NCBI GenBank assembly: GCA_963842945.1 | Contig: CAWJIM010000012.1 | Span: 1-19,285 of the forward strand | DNA from: an uncultured Gemmatimonadales bacterium | GTDB lineage: Bacteria > Gemmatimonadota > Gemmatimonadetes > Gemmatimonadales > GWC2-71-9 | Direction of reading: 5' to 3' | DNA length: 19,285 nucleotides | In this document: positions 18,305 to 19,285 of the stretch, in pieces | How the letters are laid out: the number at the start of each line of letters is the position of its first letter | Position numbering within the stretch: the stretch's first letter is position 1 | Translations under genes and position numbers: made by a program | Notes under the pieces: generated by a model | Databases searched by the model: none | What the model saw: the letters and a program-made list of their open reading frames with translations, nothing else | What the model was told of the DNA's origin: nothing

Positions 18305-19285
18305 ATGCCTATGCCAAGCTCGCGTGCCTTCTGTCTGGCGATCGGAGTCGTTATCACCGCTGGTGCCGTCGCTCATCCCACTGATTCCGGCCGGGCCGGA
18401 CACCGGGTCAAGTCCTCAAGGTCACCATCCTGTCGACCATGCTCGCCGATCCGGGTATCGGCGGGTGGGGCTTCTCCGCCCTGGTGGAAGCCGACGGCCG
18501 TCGCATTCTCTTCGATACCGGGAACCGGCCCGGGACCGTACTGCAGAACGCTCGCGAGCTGGGGATCGACTTATCCACCGTCACCGATGTGGTCCTGATT
18601 CATCACCACGGCGACCACACCGGCGGGCTGCTGAGCCTGCGGAAGGAGCTGGCCGGAAAGTCACCGGCCGCGCTCTCCCGGGTTCACGTAGCTCCGGGGA
18701 CCTTCCTCAGCCGCCGTCATTCCGGCAGTGAGCAACGAAGCAAATCCCACTATCGCTCTCAGTCCGGGATGGAAACCTCCGGCGCGACGTTCGTGGAGCA
18801 CCGGACGGACGGAGGAGCTGTTCCCCGGCATCTGGCTCAGCCGGCCGATCCCTCGGCCCGATCCCGAGCGGTACTGGGGTCCGCCCACCAGCATCGTGAC
18901 CAGCGGAGGCCTGGTTCCCGATTCCATTCCCGAGGACATGGCCTTGATCGTCAACACCGATCGGGGGATGGTCGTGATCGTCGGGTGCGGCCACGCCGGT
19001 ACCATCAACACCGTCGAGTATGGCCGCAAGATCGTCGGGCCGGAGCCGGTGTACGCCCTGATCGGCGGGCTCCACCTGTTCGCCGCGAGTGATTCCGCCG
19101 TGGCCTGGACCGCCGGCCGGCTCAAGGCTGCGCAGCTGGGCTACTTGCTGGGCGGGCACTGTACCGGCATCGAAGCGGTCTATCGTATTCGCGAGTTCGC
19201 GGCGCTCGATCGCAAGCGGGCGGTGGTCGCCGCGGTGGGATCTTCCTTCGATGCGAGCAAGGGGATCGATCCGCTGCAGCTGGCG
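18305..19285 (+). CDS. MBL-fold metallo-hydrolase (COG1237-like) with signal peptide; frameshifted; runs off the window end
   Basis: AAGGA RBS and a hydrophobic N-terminus. KVTILSTMLAD, WGFSALVEADGRRILFDTG, HHHGDHTGGL (HxHxDH), EDMALIV...VGCGHAG, IGGLHL, GHCTG. Confidence 0.85.

Noticed and set aside
500..19000. Many frameshifts read as pseudogenes or programmed frameshifting
   Set aside because: The indels hit unrelated genes in patches while ~6660-11780 is clean. Catalytic motifs and codon style are preserved and no consistent slippery site is evident. Sequencing or assembly error is the simpler explanation; read-level polishing would settle it.

Overview
This is a GC-rich bacterial window with no rRNA, tRNA, CRISPR array or transposase. 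Many genes are broken by single-base indels that look like long-read or assembly errors rather than true pseudogenes. About 1-13,600 is a large cluster devoted to D-amino-acid chemistry. It encodes a protein ending in a VanX/DdpX-type D-Ala-D-Ala dipeptidase domain, two beta-lactamase/D-peptidase-type serine hydrolases, and two D-aminoacylase-like amidohydrolases with lipoprotein-type signal peptides and non-canonical metal sites. It also holds a minus-strand operon (N-succinylamino acid racemase/OSBS, APC amino-acid permease, GNAT succinyltransferase, M20 amidohydrolase) that matches the known D-to-L amino-acid conversion pathway. At about 13,600-15,370 a sigma70 promoter, a SAM-II (SAM-alpha) riboswitch and an intrinsic terminator precede a threonine-synthase-like PLP enzyme and a MoaD/ThiS/CysO-like sulfur carrier ending in GG. 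This points to sulfur-carrier-dependent homocysteine/methionine synthesis rather than threonine synthesis. The remainder encodes an MgtC/DUF4010 membrane protein, a CHAD-CYTH fusion and an MBL-fold hydrolase. Non-coding structure includes a ~204-nt rod-like hairpin at 5163-5366, a REP-like palindrome and 8-nt tandem repeats. All family calls rest on motifs read by eye; no database searches were run.
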